Assembly (NCBI GenBank): GCA_002269645.1
Contig: NIVC01000261.1
Coordinates: 246,564-310,563, forward strand
Source of the DNA: Macrostomum lignano
Taxonomy: Eukaryota
Direction of reading: 5' to 3'
DNA length: 64,000 bases
The notes beneath the pieces were generated by a model. The model was not told the origin of the DNA and made no database searches. It was given only the letters and a program-made list of their open reading frames with translations. Shown here piece after piece: positions 1 to 13,877 of the stretch (its first letter is position 1; the number at the start of each line of letters is the position of its first letter). A program made the position numbers and the translations under genes.

Positions 1-52
1 ACTTATTACGAGTGTAATCACAATGAGATTAAAAACCGTTTAAACATTTCAG

Positions 53-3000
53 CGATAAATAAAAAACTTCAGTTTGAGTGGACAGCGACCAGCCGATTCA
101 AGCCCACAATATCCAGTCCGGGTCTTTCACGCGAACACTTCATCCCGCCCACCGGTTACAAGATCGGCCTTGTGCGGGAAAATTTCGTTTTCGTGCTGTC
201 CGGAAACCGTGAGTTTCACACACGTGGACATACAGTACCTAGCTATACTTACGGCTAGGTAAGCTTAGTGCCGCATCTTCATTGCAGAGAACTTTCCCGA
301 CAACTTGATCGGTCCTCTGGAAGAGACTGGGATCAGTCCGTCTAACCCGAAGCTCGCAGAACGCGCCTTTACCGGACAGCTGAACCAGCTGCCTCCGGCC
401 GGCTGGCAGCTGCAGTCCGGACACTCGCTCAAGTACACGTACTCGGTGTACAACGGTGGCTTCGTCACTGTCGCTGACCTCGACGCCAGAGGAGCCACGC
501 ATCCGAGATTTCTCACCGGAGAGTCGTTTACTCAGGCTGGAACATTCGTGTTTGACTACAGCCTGCCGTACCACTGCACAGTGGCGGGACACGGAGCTCG
601 ACCCTGCACTCAGCCATTCGACCAGCGAATGCTTGAGCTTAGCGAAGCCTTCACCAAGCAGGTATGAGGCTTGAAATGACATGATTTTCATCGTTGAAAC
701 ACATCTAAGAATGCGCTAACGTACTTTTGATAGAATCAAATCAACGGTAAATTCGGAGGCTGGAGAGACGACCACGCTGGAGTGCTGCAGTACGACATTG
801 AGCTCAAGCTCATGCACAAAGTCGGAGAGGTGCTGAAGGAGAACGAGATGGCGGGCTCTGAGCACAAAATCATTGATTTGAATGGCGAGAGCGAGGAAGA
901 GAGACGAAATGGCGGAAACCGAGAGTTCAGTGTTCACTTTGACTTGCCTCCCGACGAGCCGTCGGTCTACACTGTTGTGGTGACGGTGCGCGATGCGGTC
1001 AGGAACTCGATCAAGAATGTGAGACGCAGCAGACGCTTCTTTATCTTTGATAACTCGTCGAGCGTGGAAAGCAGGGACGAGCGCTATCCTCTCGGTGTAG
1101 ACGATACCGTCAACAATAGAGGACTGTGGTGGCTTCGACGGCTTGACGGAGACGTCGCGTTCCGATGGACGGACAACCTGATCAACGAGGTGCACACAGG
1201 TCAAGGCTTTCTGCTACCGATCGAGCATGTGCCGGAGTTCTACGGTGACGGCTACGATCAGACTTCCGGACCTCGGAGCATCCACCCGATCGACAACGTG
1301 CACGGAGTTGTGCGCTTCGCGTCCCAGTTCGGAGTGGACGCGGTCGGTGGTCGCAGTCTGCAACAGCCGGATCAAAGCCGGTGGCTCACCACCACCGACA
1401 TTCACGCCCAGATGCAGAGCTTTCGCTTCGATAGACGAGACGGCGAGTCAGCAAAGTTCTGGGTGATTGGCGAGGATGTGATGGGCAACAGCCGTGTGAA
1501 CAGCTTCCTCATGCACATTGACTCTTCACCTGCCGAGTTAGGGACGCTCAGTCTGACTAACAGAGGCGTCGAGGGGCTCGTTGTGCACCACAGCAGAGAC
1601 CTACACAGTTTGAGGTGAGTCCGTTTGAATGCAAAAACTGCTGATATGGACTCGAGTGCCATGACATTTTTGCCCCGTTTGTAGAGCTCACTGGACCGCG
1701 TCCGACTTGCACAGCGGCTTGCACACTGTGCTGTGGGAGATCTTCGACAACCACACTGACGAGATTGTGCAGATGTACTCCAACATGGAAGGACGGAGAC
1801 ATTTCGACAGTCTTACGGTAAGAAAGCTTATTAAAAAATGACTGTAGGCAAATGATTGTAAAGTGCCGGATTGCTTCCAGCTGTGCCAAAGAGATTCCGA
1901 GAGACCAGACAACTGCTACTGCACTCAAGCTACTGGCTGCTACAACTCATTCTTTGCGGCATCGCCAAACACAAATGCCACAACGGAGCACAACCACGAT
2001 TTGCACATTCGACTCACAGTTACAAACGGAGCGGAGTTGGTCGCGAGCAGCGTGATGAAGATTAGCATCGATTTGTCTGCTCCTCATCCTGGCCACGTGT
2101 TCGACGGCGCGCCTGGCGATGAAGAGGTCGACTTCCAGAACGGGCGACACCTAACGGCGCACTGGAGCGGCTTCTTTGATCCCGAGAGCGGAGTCCGAAT
2201 GTACAGATACGGCTTCGGAGTATCCTGTCAGTCAGAGTCGCAACTCATCCAAGAGACGACGGGTCTTGAGGCGAGCTGGGAGGCTCCTGGTCCTGGTCGG
2301 TACTTCGTCACGGTAGTCGCTTTCAACAACGCGATGGAGCCATCTGCCGCTGTGTGCTCTGACGGAGTCCTGATCACGGATCAAAGGCCAGAAGTGAGCC
2401 AGTTGAGCATCGAGAGTCTTCGAGTCCGTCCAGGACTCATCCTGGACGCAAGCTCGCAGGAGCTCTGGTACCTGACCGACCTTGGTCGCAGACAGAAACT
2501 TCTAAACGATAATGAGACGTGCAGGTAGAGCCAACAGTCTGCTAATTAGACCCCCTTGCTACGAGCTCCTTAATAATGGAAAGCATCTCTTTTTCAGAGC
2601 TCGAGCAACCGTGATGGCGGACAGCGGAGTTCTGGCACTTGATCTCAGCAAGTTCAATCGCACTGTAGTGCTCACTCACGAAGGAGAGTTCTGTGAGCAA
2701 ATCGGACCAGCTGGAACTGAGTTCTATCTCACCAAGGACGACAGGGTAAGGCGCGTGTATTGCTGAGTATTTTTGAGAAGAAGCTTCTTATCAGAGAGCA
2801 GGCACTGCATTTCAGCTGAAACTAAGCTGGATTGCCTCCGACAGTGTTTCCGGACTGAGGCACTCCATCGTGTCAGTAGTGAGCAACGAGAACTCCGTGT
2901 CTGATCTTGCCAATCGCGTAGTCACGACACACTCTAGCGAAATTCTCGACCACATTGATTTGAAAGATGGTCAGCAGATCTACTTGACAATAGCGGCAGT

Positions 3001-6000
3001 AAACAGGGCGGGACTGTCGTCAAACATGGTGAGATTTACACTGCAACTTATCTAGACTGCTTGCTATGAAACGGTGAATGTTTGTTCGTATCATTTTAGA
3101 GTGTCGGACCACTGACTGTAGACACCAGTCCACCGAGCTTCTCGGGCTCATTGTCCGTCAGTACCAACAATGAGCACTTGTTAGTCCGTTGGGATGCGGG
3201 CGACTTCGTAGATCCGGAGTCCGAGTCGCTCGAGTTTGAGATCGGAGTCGGTTAGTGTCTGTCAATCTGTTATCTCATACTGGAGATTAAGGTAATGCAT
3301 CGTTTAGTTCTCATGGTTTAATTTTATAGGCAGCAAGAAGCACTCTACAGACATTGTTCATTTCGAGAGGGTCAAGCAAGGACCTGAGTGCAGTCACAGT
3401 CACACGCCAGTGACTTGCGCATCTCTGGAGCTGAGCCAGCTTTACTGGAGTTTAATCGGCGATCACACATACTACGTGTCCATTCGATGCACCAATGAAG
3501 CTCAGCTAAGAACTGTTGCATTCGCTGAGCCAATTGTACATAACAACCGACTTCCCAGTGTCGGTTTCGTTACTGACGAGGATCCGAGTATCGACTCGGA
3601 CTCAATGCTCGGGGTAAAGTGGTACTTTGATAGCCTAAAAGATACCAGTTGTGTATTTTTAGCGTGAATTCTGAGTACACGAACAAAACACTGACATTCT
3701 CAATTTTAGACACCACACGACATTCAGTATCAGCTGCGATCGGACTCGCTAAGGTCGCGATGGACCGGATTAAAATTCGCAAACGAGTTCCATGTTTCGG
3801 TTGTGGATTCTCAGCACAAGGAGCTCGCATCTGTGACCCTCCCTTCAAATGCAACTCGACATCAGTTTGACGGACTCAAGTTGGATGTATTCAAGGCAAG
3901 CTTATACACAGTCGTTCGATTCAGACTCGAAATGGTTTCATTCATTGAAATTATGTCTCTTCTGTTTGATTACGCTTCAGACCTACTTTACTCGAGTAAC
4001 AGCATCGAATGTGGTCGGAAGCGTCTCTGCAGGGTCAAGCGGGGTGACTGTCGAGTCTCGAGAGCCCCTCCTCGAGTTGAGACCTGTGAACTGGAGACCC
4101 GACAATGATGGGTCGCTGACGGATAATTTCCAAAGCTCTTTGTCGACGGTCGAAGAGTTTAGACGCGTCTCGCACTCGGGCGAGACGGTCCTCGTCACGA
4201 ATTTGCACCTCATCGATGGGGCCACTTACCGATCGCGAATGAAGCTCTGTCATGGTGAAGTTTGCTCAGAGGTCGAGACTGCTCCAGACTTTGTGGTCCT
4301 GCACACTTCCCCAGTGGCTGGAGCGTGGAGTGTCAATCTTGAAGCTGACAACCAGACAGTATGCTGAACAACATACTCTGTCACAAATGCATTTATTGCG
4401 TCTAAACAATAATATTTTCTTTTGTTTTCAGATCACAGTGCAGATGGACGAGTTCAAGCAGCTAGGATCAGCAGGAAGCAGTGTTATCAGCGGATACCAG
4501 TGGTCATTGCAACACGATGGTGCCAACATCGTACAATGGACGGAATTGAAACTCGATTCGAGTAACTCGGTAGGTGGCTGCTTCACTTGAAACAATGAAA
4601 CAATGGTGGTATGTAGCTACCTCCTAATTTGACTTTTTATAACTTTAGACTAAATCTGTATCTCTACCGTGGCCTCTGAAATCGACGAAATGCATCCGAT
4701 TTGCGATTCGCTGCTTCAACAAGGCAGGCCTGTCGACTGTAGACAGTAGAGAGCTGAGAGACTGCAGCGCGTACGACCCGAAGTTGATAAGTAATCCGAA
4801 CGTGATGGACGCGATCGGGCCAGTGAAGCTTGAGAAAAATGACCAATGGACAGCAGATGACGTGGACTACTCAAACTCGAGCGCTCGACTTGCAGCGGTG
4901 TGGCCCCAGCTGAGATATTTGGTGAGAGAACAGGCTGCCATAAGAAACAAGCTTTTAAAAGCATACATGCATGGTTACCAAAATAGGATATAATCCTTAC
5001 AGAACTACGAATGGGCTGTTCTAGCAGCCAGTGGGACCGGAGGCTCCGGTTACTATGACCGAATTCTGCTTGAGCCGCCAAAACGGCCGACGAGTCACGC
5101 GAATGCGATCGCAGGCGGCTTTACTCGGGATGAGTTCGTAAACGTTCCCGGAGTTCAGCTTCAACCAGGGACTCGGTATCACGTGTGCATTCACGCTAAC
5201 GAAACTTTGCTGCAATTTGAGAAGTTCACTCAGCTGTTGCCTGAGTTAAGCGAGTGCAGCGATGGTGTCACTGTGCTTGGAGATGTAGCAACCGAGGGCA
5301 GGATCGCAGTGAATGGACGATTTGCCAATCAGATGCTGGTAAGTTGAATGTCGATTTTGCAGTAAGTTTTACAAAGTAGATGTTTTAATGAATTCATTCA
5401 TTGTTTGCAGTCATCTGTGACTGAGTTTCTTCTCGAGTGGTCAGGATTCGAGTCTGGAACGTCTACGGACATGCCGCACGTGACTGACATAAAGTACTAC
5501 GAATACTGCATTGGATCATTCGCCTCCGGTTGCGACCTAATCGATTGGAAAAACGTCGGCGGTGCTCGCAGTGTGATTGTGACTCAGCTCAAGGGAGTCC
5601 TTCAGGAAGGTCACGTCTACTTTGTCTCGGTGAGAGGTAAGTGAAGAATTGAATTTCGCAAATAAACTACTGAGCTTCTATTGACTTGTGCCTTATGCTC
5701 CAGCTGTTGACTTCATCGGTCGCGAGAGTCGGTCAAAGCCCCGGTCGGTCCGAGTGGTGCTGCACGGTCCTAAGTCCAATCACTCAGCAGCTATCTCTGT
5801 GGGTCTGCGGCATGTAATCTCGAACAGCAATGGCCAAGAAGTGTGCTGGAACGGTAGATTCTCTGACCCCGTCGCGGGCATTCGTCGCTACTGGGTCGGT
5901 CTCGGATCTTCGCCCGGTCGTCCTGATGTAATTCCGTACACTGAATCAGATGGCGAGTGTGTTTGGTGGACAACCAAGCAGCTGTCATACTCCAGAGACG

Positions 6001-9000
6001 GACAGCACTACTGGGTGCTTCTGAGAGCTGAGAACTTTGCCGGACTTATATCGAGCGACCACTCGAAGCCAGTGCTCGTAGACAGAAGTCCACCAGTAGC
6101 TGGATCGGTGATCGATATCGACCCGACCGTATCAAACAGCACCGATTGCAACTTTCGGTTCAATATGGACGGCATCTCAGCAAAATGGACCGACTTCCAT
6201 GATCCTCACAGTCACGTGAGGGACTATTCGGTGGCGATCGGATCATGTCCAGGTTGCCAAGACGTGATGCCGTATCTTCACGTTGGTGTTCGACACAGTA
6301 AGTCAAACGAAGCTAATTATGCTCATTACTAACTCTGAACAAAGAATACAGACATACTTTGCTTACTTCAGGTATAAAGATTGACCATCTGCGTTTGCAA
6401 CCTGGACAGAGGTACTTTGTCAATGTCAAAGGCTGCAACGCGGGGGATCTCTGTTCTGTGGCGTCTTCCGATGGTGTCATTTTGGATTCCACACCTCCGT
6501 TGAACGGAATCATCTTGATTGGTTCAAGCGACGCAAACCAACAGTACCTGCGATCAAGGTGAGTAAATGTGTTTTTAGTAACAATTTTATCATAATGACT
6601 TGATACGCTGAAAGCCACTCATAGCCTAAACATGCATGCTGTACTTTTGCATGTGTAGCTCATCGCTAGAGTTTTCGCTATACGGATTCAACGATCCAGA
6701 GTCCGACATTGCATATCACCGTTGGGGAGTCGGTCGCGAAGAGTCTGACTCGCCGGATGTTATAGCCTGGATCAAAACTTTCGAAAGGAAGTTTGTGCGA
6801 CACTCTGGAAGCTTGCCAACGGGCATACGTCTAAAGTTGTTTGTGGAAACTGTGAATAAAGCAGGTGAGCGGCGGGCATGACGTAATCATAGCGTCGATC
6901 GTCCTAAACTTTGCTGAATATTTGAACAACATTTTTACAACCATTTAGGTCTTACGACATTGACTGAGTCGAGCAAGTTTCTGATTGACGACACACCTCC
7001 CGAGATCGAGACTGCTCTCTCAGCAAGCGAGACTTTCGGTCAGATTGAGCCAAACTGGCTCGTCCTGGACGACATCATGGTGGTAGAGTGGAGCGTCTTT
7101 GACAAGGAGAGCGGCATCAAAGAACACTGGATCTCTCTGTCTAACCATGATAACGGACGAGTGACGTTCGAGCCCGTAAAGGTATCTGACCTAGTTTTGC
7201 AGCTGATTTATTCAATTTGTATGTAAACTAATGCTGCGCACCTCTTGTTGACATCGCAGATACCTGGTCTGCTGAGCAACTTTACATTCAGCGATCTCGA
7301 TCTGAAAGACGGAGCCAACTACACTGTTCACCTCGTGTCGTGCAATCTGGCGGACGCATGCACTCGTCAGACGGCCTCGGTGGCTGTGGACACTTCGCCT
7401 CCGATCACGGGACACGTAGCCGTCGCGACACAGTCGGCCGTGCAGCTGGGCAGACACATCGAGGATGGCCTCACGTGGGATGGAAACGAAGTCAACATCA
7501 GCTGGGTGGGATTCCACGATCCTCACTCGGGAATCGATCGCTACACCGTTCAGATGGGCACAACATGGTTCGGATCGGAGCTTTTGTCGGTAGGTTGTGA
7601 ACCACAAAGAATTTTTTAAAGTTACCGCGAAATAGTTATCACAAAACTGCATTGCCTGTTTTTGTTATTGAGGTCACAGAGGTTCCGCACAGTGACGAAG
7701 GAGTTGGTCTGCCGCTGAATCCTCACGAAGGTCCCATTCAGATGGCCAGCTTTGAACTGAAGAGAAGTCTAACTGAGGGCACGTCCTTGATTGTGCACAT
7801 TGTTGCAGTCAACAAGGTAATAGTCAGTTGGATATTTACTGTGAAGCTACTATTTAAACTTGAAAGTGTGTAATTTACTGATTCAGGCCGGTCTCCACAG
7901 TCAACCAGTTCAAGCGGCATTGTCCGTGCTGGAAAGTGGTCACTTGTGGCTCCTTCGTCGGTGTGCTGGCGCAGCTACTTGCTACGGGCACTGCTCGTGC
8001 GCTCCGCAGCATCAGACCTGCCGAGGAACTGAGTGTCGAGCCGTCGATGTAGTGGATAACGTCGAAACGAAGTAGAGGTTCTAGATGTGTCCGCCTTCGG
8101 TCCTCGAGGAGAATCTCAAACTGATGCAAAAACAACTCCGACTAGGTCTCTGTTGGCAGCGACTTGGCGAGTCCGTCGAGCAATGGGACGACCACCTGTT
8201 CGTTATGAAGTGAGTGCAGGTCTGGCTGAGTACAGTGAGCCAAAGGGTATCTACGACGCTGTTCACGAGCGCGTATGGCATGACGTCGGTCTAAGGACGT
8301 TCTTGGCATTGAATATCACAGCTGGGCGTCGCCTCAATGTATTTAGATCATACAAGGTGTTTGTTCGGGCTTGGTTTGATCACAACACGTACGTCGTGTT
8401 CAGCTCGGACGGCGTACTGGTCAACCCGACCTTTCCGCGAGTGAATCGACACTACGGTGTCGGCGTCAAGGACCTGTTGTCACCAGATAGTCGACGGGAT
8501 ACCGATTTCATAACCAGTAATGACAGTCTGACTGTAGGGTGGCGAAATAAGTTCACGAGTCTAAATGAAGCACCGCCGCTGTCATTCCGCGTGTCTATTG
8601 GCAGTGAGATCGGAATGGACGATGTTGCAAACGTCGTCATACCTCCTGGAAACATCACCTATACATTCAATGGGCTGCAACTTGGGCCAGGTCAACGGTA
8701 CTTTTCTACCGTGACCGCTCTCAATGAGAACGGACTCTCTGTTTCGGTATCATCTGATGGGTTCGTACTGGACTTGGATAATCCGTCTACGGGATTGGTG
8801 TTTAATAGTATTGGTAAGTTGCCTATGTCAACCCAAATTATTTATCTAACCTATTTATAGTATCAATCTTAACAAGTTCAATCAAGATAAACAATTTCTC
8901 ACAGGTCACAGCAACTCAAAGTACTCCAGCGACCAAACGACTCTGTCATGCAGTTGGCACAGCTTCTTTGATCGAGAATCCTACATCAAGTCGTACTCTG

Positions 9001-12000
9001 CATGCATTACTTCCAGCAATGATGCCAGCAAATGCGACATCGCCGACTGGAAGAATGTTAAGTTCGAGCAGAGAGCTACTTGGAAAGGACCTTGGCATCA
9101 TGGAAGCACCTATTTCTGCCGGGCAATGGCGGTCGACGCTGCAGATCGCAGCTCAGAGGCGATCACTTCTCCCGGAGTGACTATCGACATGACACCGGCT
9201 ATTGCGGCAAACCGCATTGGACACCGGCCGATTAATGTCGATAACCCGAGCTTCGAAGAAGGAGCGCTCCGACCTCCGAGCTCAGCGCCACTCAGCCACA
9301 TAGTTCTAGCTGGACTCGAGTCTGTTTCGCCACGCTGGACTTTGCAAGATGGTCGAGCGATCGCAGTCCGCATTGGACATTCCATGGCCGTGGACGGAGA
9401 ATCTGTGCTGTTGCTGTTCGGTCGGGTATCGCAGACTTTGAAAACCGAAGCTGGACGTCGATATCGGATGCAACTGTTTGCGTCTCATCTTCCCGTCTCT
9501 GACCCGCTATCAGTTACGGTCGGCGGTCTCGTCTCGGGTCCGGGAATGCTGCAGACGTTCCGGTTGTTCACCGATCTAGGCGGAGTGAGCTCTGGTGTAG
9601 AGTGGCACAAGCAGATATTCTACTTTACTGCCGAATCAGCGGAATCAACCGTTTCCATTGAGTCTCTGTCACCTCACACCGGTCTGGGTGAGTTTCCTCT
9701 CGTTAGTCATTTGTTTCATTTGTTTTGCTTATGCTTTAGTTTTACCCCTTTACAAAGAGTTTAATATCAATCGTCAGCCATCGACATGGTCTCAGTATCC
9801 GTGCTCAACGTGGGAATTGCTGACTACAACTCAACGGCTGCACCCGTTCATGTGGACTCGGTGAGCGTCAGAGACAGCGGCACTGTGCACGCCAGTTGGG
9901 ACGTCTCTGATCCCGAGAGTGGCATCAGCGAAGTTCTATGGGCCATCGGAACAGTTCGTGGTGGGACGCAGCTTCTGCCGTTTACTCAGCTCGGACCGGC
10001 CAACGAGGCAAAGGCGGATGTGAGGCTCACTCATGGAAGCAATGTCTACGTGTCGGTGCTGGCTATCAACGGTGCCGGAATTCCGCGACTCTTCCACTCG
10101 CAACCCGACCTGATCGACTTGACTCCGCCGGCCTTTGACTTTGTGCATGACGGAAGCTCAAGCGCTGGCCACACCGATCTGCAGGAAAATGCGCGCGAGC
10201 TGTCCGTTCGATTCGGAGTCGAGGATCCGGAGTCGGGACTGAGCGAGTGCTTCTGGTGCTCGGGAACTTCTGCAGTAACCTGCGACGTAGCGGAGTATGT
10301 GAAGCTGGCACAGGGCCAGCTGTCAGCAACACGGCTCATCAACGAGCCCGAGAAGCTTCTCGGCCAGCGAGTGTTCAGCTTGGTGAGGTGCTCGAACGGA
10401 GTCGGACTGGTGTCTACAGGGTGAGTCACAGTCGGTTCAGAGGTGCATCGCAGCAGGATGACATGCTCAAAACTCGAATACCATTTCAGCGTATCAGCAG
10501 GCGTGCTCATCTACAACGGAGCTCCCGATGCGGCACACGCGAAGCTGCGAATGCTCAGCACCTCTGTCACGCCATTCGGTCAAAAGAATTCTGTGCTCGG
10601 TAACGCCACAGACCTGCAGCTGAGCTGGAGCGGCTTCACCGATCGAATTCCGATTCGGGACTACGATATTCGACTGAGAGAAGTGACTCGAAACGCTGCA
10701 GTGCCGGACTGGACTCGGGTGAAGGGCGCCTTCGTTCAGGCGGCAGCTTTGCACGGTCTGTCGCTAGCGAGCGGGCAGCGCTACCGAGCTGAGGTGCGAG
10801 CCGTGAACGCTCTGGGGAAGCTGAGCAGCATTGTTGAGCGCGAGTTCTCGGTGGACTCGCAGTTTCCAGCGCTGACTGGTAAGAGTGGACATTGTGACTT
10901 GTTTTCAATTCCGAGTTCGACCCGAGTGCAACCACAAACCCAAACGCAACCGGGAACCCAAATGCAACTTTAAACCTAAGTGCAACTACAAACTCAAATG
11001 CAACCGCAAAACCAAATGCAACCGCAAACCCAAACGCAACCGGGAACCCAAATGCAACTTTAAACCTAAGTGCAACTACAAACTCAAATGCAACCGCAAA
11101 ACCAAATGCAACCGCAAACCCAAATGCAACCGCAAACCCAAATGCAACTGCAAACCCAAATGCAACTGCAAACCCAAACGCAACCGGGAACCCAAATTCA
11201 ACCTTAAACCTAAGTGCAACCACAAACCCAAATGCAACCGGGAACCCAAATGCAACCACAAACCAAAACGCAACCGGGAACCCAAATGCAACCTTAAACC
11301 TAAGTGCAACCACAAACCCAAATGCAACCACAAACCCAAATGCAACCGCAAACCGAAATGCAACCTCGAACCTAAATGCAACCGCAAACCCAAATGCAAC
11401 CTCGAACCTAAATGCAACCGCAAAGCCAAATGCAACCGCAAAGCCAAATGCAACTACAAACCCGAATGCAGCCACAAACCCAAGTGCAACCACAAACCCA
11501 AATGCAACTACAAACCCGAATGCAGCCACAAACCCAAATTCAACCACAAACCCAAATGCAACCACAAACCCAAATGCAGCCACAAACCCAAATGCAGCCA
11601 CAAACCCAAATGCAACTACAAACCCGAATGCAGCCACAAACCCAAATGCAACCACAAACCCAAATGCAACCGCAAACCCAAATGCAACTACAAACCCAAA
11701 TGCAACTACAAACCCGAATGCAGCCACAAACCCAAGTGCAACCACAAACCCAAATGCAACTACAAACCCGAATGCAGCCACAAACCCAAATGCAAACACA
11801 AACCCAAATGCAACCGCAAACCCAAATTCAACCACAAACCCAAATGCAACCACAAACCCAAATGCAGCCACAAACCCAAATGCAACCACAAACCCAAATG
11901 CAACTACAAACCCGAATGCAGCCACAAACCCAAATGCAACCACAAACCCAAATGCAACCGCAAACCCAAATGCAACCACAAACCCAAATGCAACCACAAA

Positions 12001-12402
12001 CCCAAATGCAACCGCAAACCCAAATGCAACCACAAACCCAAATGCAACTACAAACCCGAATGCAGCCACAAACCCAAATGCAACCACAAACCCAAATGCA
12101 AGCACAAACCTAAACCCGCAAACCGCACCACAGGCAGGCAGTGGCAAGTCAGCTTCGACCCCGCTAAGCGCCAGCTGCTGCTGGACTGGTCCGGGATGTT
12201 CCGCTCCGACAGCTCGCTGCTGTTCGAAGTGACGGTCGAGACCAAGCCGGCAGCTGGCGACCTTCAGCGCTGGCTGGAGACCCGCGAGCCGAGTCTGCTG
12301 CTGAAGGCCATCGACCCGAGCAAGCAGAGGCTGTTCGTCAGGCTTTCGGCCATCAGCGAGGCCGGCCTGGCTTCGTCCGTCTACCGGGAGGTGCTGGTTT
12401 AG
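53..12402 (+). CDS. Giant secreted FN3/Ig-like repeat protein, copy 1 (5' end outside window; 26 exons in window; one -1 frameshift and one in-frame 33-aa deletion)
   Basis: Phase-consistent exons: 53-208, 288-661, 734-1614, 1685-1817, 1848-2524, 2598-2745, 2816-3028, 3100-3250, 3330-3613, 3710-3895, 3981-4358, 4432-4569, 4649-4921, 5003-5338, 5411-5636, 5704-6297, 6372-6558, 6659-6864, 6949-7181, 7260-7589, 7673-7816, 7887-8813, 8905-9687, 9778-10420, 10490-10878, 12134-12402. Repeated motif D-x-S/T-P-P...W-x-G-F-x-D-P-x-S-G...Y...V-x-A-x-N-x-A-G-L...S-D-G-V. A 1-bp deletion at ~8066 relative to copy 2 gives a stop at 8073-8075. No C-terminal TM segment. Confidence 0.85.
9230..9687 (+). other. 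DUF642-like / galactose-binding-like domain within the giant protein (also in copy 2, ~31905-32360)
   Basis: NPSFEEG...W...AVDG...VSQTLKTEAGRRYRMQLFAS...W...FYFTA...TVSIES resembles the CBM/DUF642 jelly-roll pattern (motif recognition only). Confidence 0.55.
10921..12120. repeat. 18-bp minisatellite (consensus AAATGCAACCACAAACCC), ~65 units, in the last intron of copy 1
   Basis: Direct reading; lies within intron 10879-12133 (GTAAGA...CACAG). The long ORFs over it are repeat artefacts. Confidence 0.97.
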
Positions 12403-13877
12403 CTGACTCTGGACACGCCAATTTGACATTTGACGTTGACTTTTCGGTGCACTTTTGATTCTTTGTAAAAAAGTCGATTTTTACGTTTAACACTTGTAAC
12501 TTCGAATTTAAATGAACAAAGCCGTGGGTGCACACATGAAAACAATTAATTTTTTTAGAAAGCTTCGAACAAAAGCAAACAAGGCTCAAAAGACCGTTGT
12601 GGCATGAAGCACAGACCTTTACGCCCGCATTTTGATTGTCACTTCCATGGATGAAAGAATACTTTGAATTGCTTATCTGAAAAATTGCATGGTTAAGTGG
12701 CTGATCGAAACTTGTAATTTAACCCGTAGGAATCTATTAGCTGATTAAAGTTAAAGAATGAGCGCCTGAGGAGCGAAGATAAAGTCGAGGTTCACCTCAG
12801 TACCCAAAATAAACCACTTTGCTGATTTAAAAAATAATCAATTGAAACTTTCAAATGTACCGCATTCTTAAAACTGCCTATCGAATAACGCGGGTATTGT
12901 GTTTACCGCCTTGAAAATCTCTCAACGGAAGACAGAAACGACTAAAAAAATCTTGGACTGATTTGAATTTCTTAGTCAAAACGCGGTTAAATTGGTTGAG
13001 GCTATCAGTCTGTGGAGCATTGCACACGGACAGACTTATACTCAGCAACATCGAAAAGTTGCCATCACAGAAGATTCCATCTGTGGTCGCCACTTTTGAG
13101 AGTGCAGGTAAAGTCTCTCAATCTTTGTGAGTGACGCAACTTAGCTACACTGCGGCAGACTTGAGTTGAGGAATGAAGTGAGGGGAGCGGTGTGCGAGGG
13201 TTGGACGGATTAAAGCTACCCCGATCAGTTTTCTCGCATCTTTTATTTCAGAATAGTCCAACAGAAAGTTCTCACTGGCGCATAGAGTGACGACTTTTCA
13301 ATGTTGCAATTAGAGATTTAGTACCAGAAATCAGCGCCCACCGTTAAGAAGCTTACAAGGGATGAAATAAAAATTATTGACTAAACTACATGTAGCTTCT
13401 GACCTTTCAGTCTTGGCATCTCATCAATCTCCCCATTCCCCCATTAGCCTGTACATCGCAGCCATCATCGCCGTAAGCCTTGACACCTCAGCAGTTCCGC
13501 TGAGTCCTGACATCTCAGCAATCCCCCGTAAGCCTTGGCATCTTAACAGTTCTCCCCAAGAGTCACGGCATTACAGCAATCCTAGCAGTTACCAATGAAT
13601 CGGTGATATTCAAAGCGACGCCTCTTTTATTCCTATATACTAAAAATTTGATCTGACGCTTCTGTTTCTTATTCATTACACTGACGATAATAAAGCCTGT
13701 TATGGTTGACTCTTCTTTTTAGTCAGAGATTATGTCGATGCTCCAGAAAGCCAGCCAACGGGCAGGGTGTCAGAATGCCATAAACTACGAGCTACTTTGC
13801 TGACGATGCAAACCGCCGTAATTTCAAACATGGGGCCATCAATTGTCGACCAGGGCAATACTATCGATACCAAAAAA

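Noticed and set aside
3614-3709. Apparent frameshift between copies at ~3640
   Set aside because: It lies in an intron; the true frame resumes at 3710 (TPHDIQYQLRSDSLRSRWTG). The indels at ~4930-4960 are also intronic.
239-10510. Many antisense and off-frame ORFs over the giant gene and its copy
   Set aside because: Shadow ORFs of GC-richer exons with no recognisable motifs.
10636-12429. Long ORFs of 597 aa (VAFGF), 505 aa (KPKCNH) and 233 aa (QPQTQM)
   Set aside because: They are translations of the 18-bp intronic array. The KPKCNH frame matches the last exon but has no ATG, and I found no phase-1 acceptor in the array that would join it to the previous exon.
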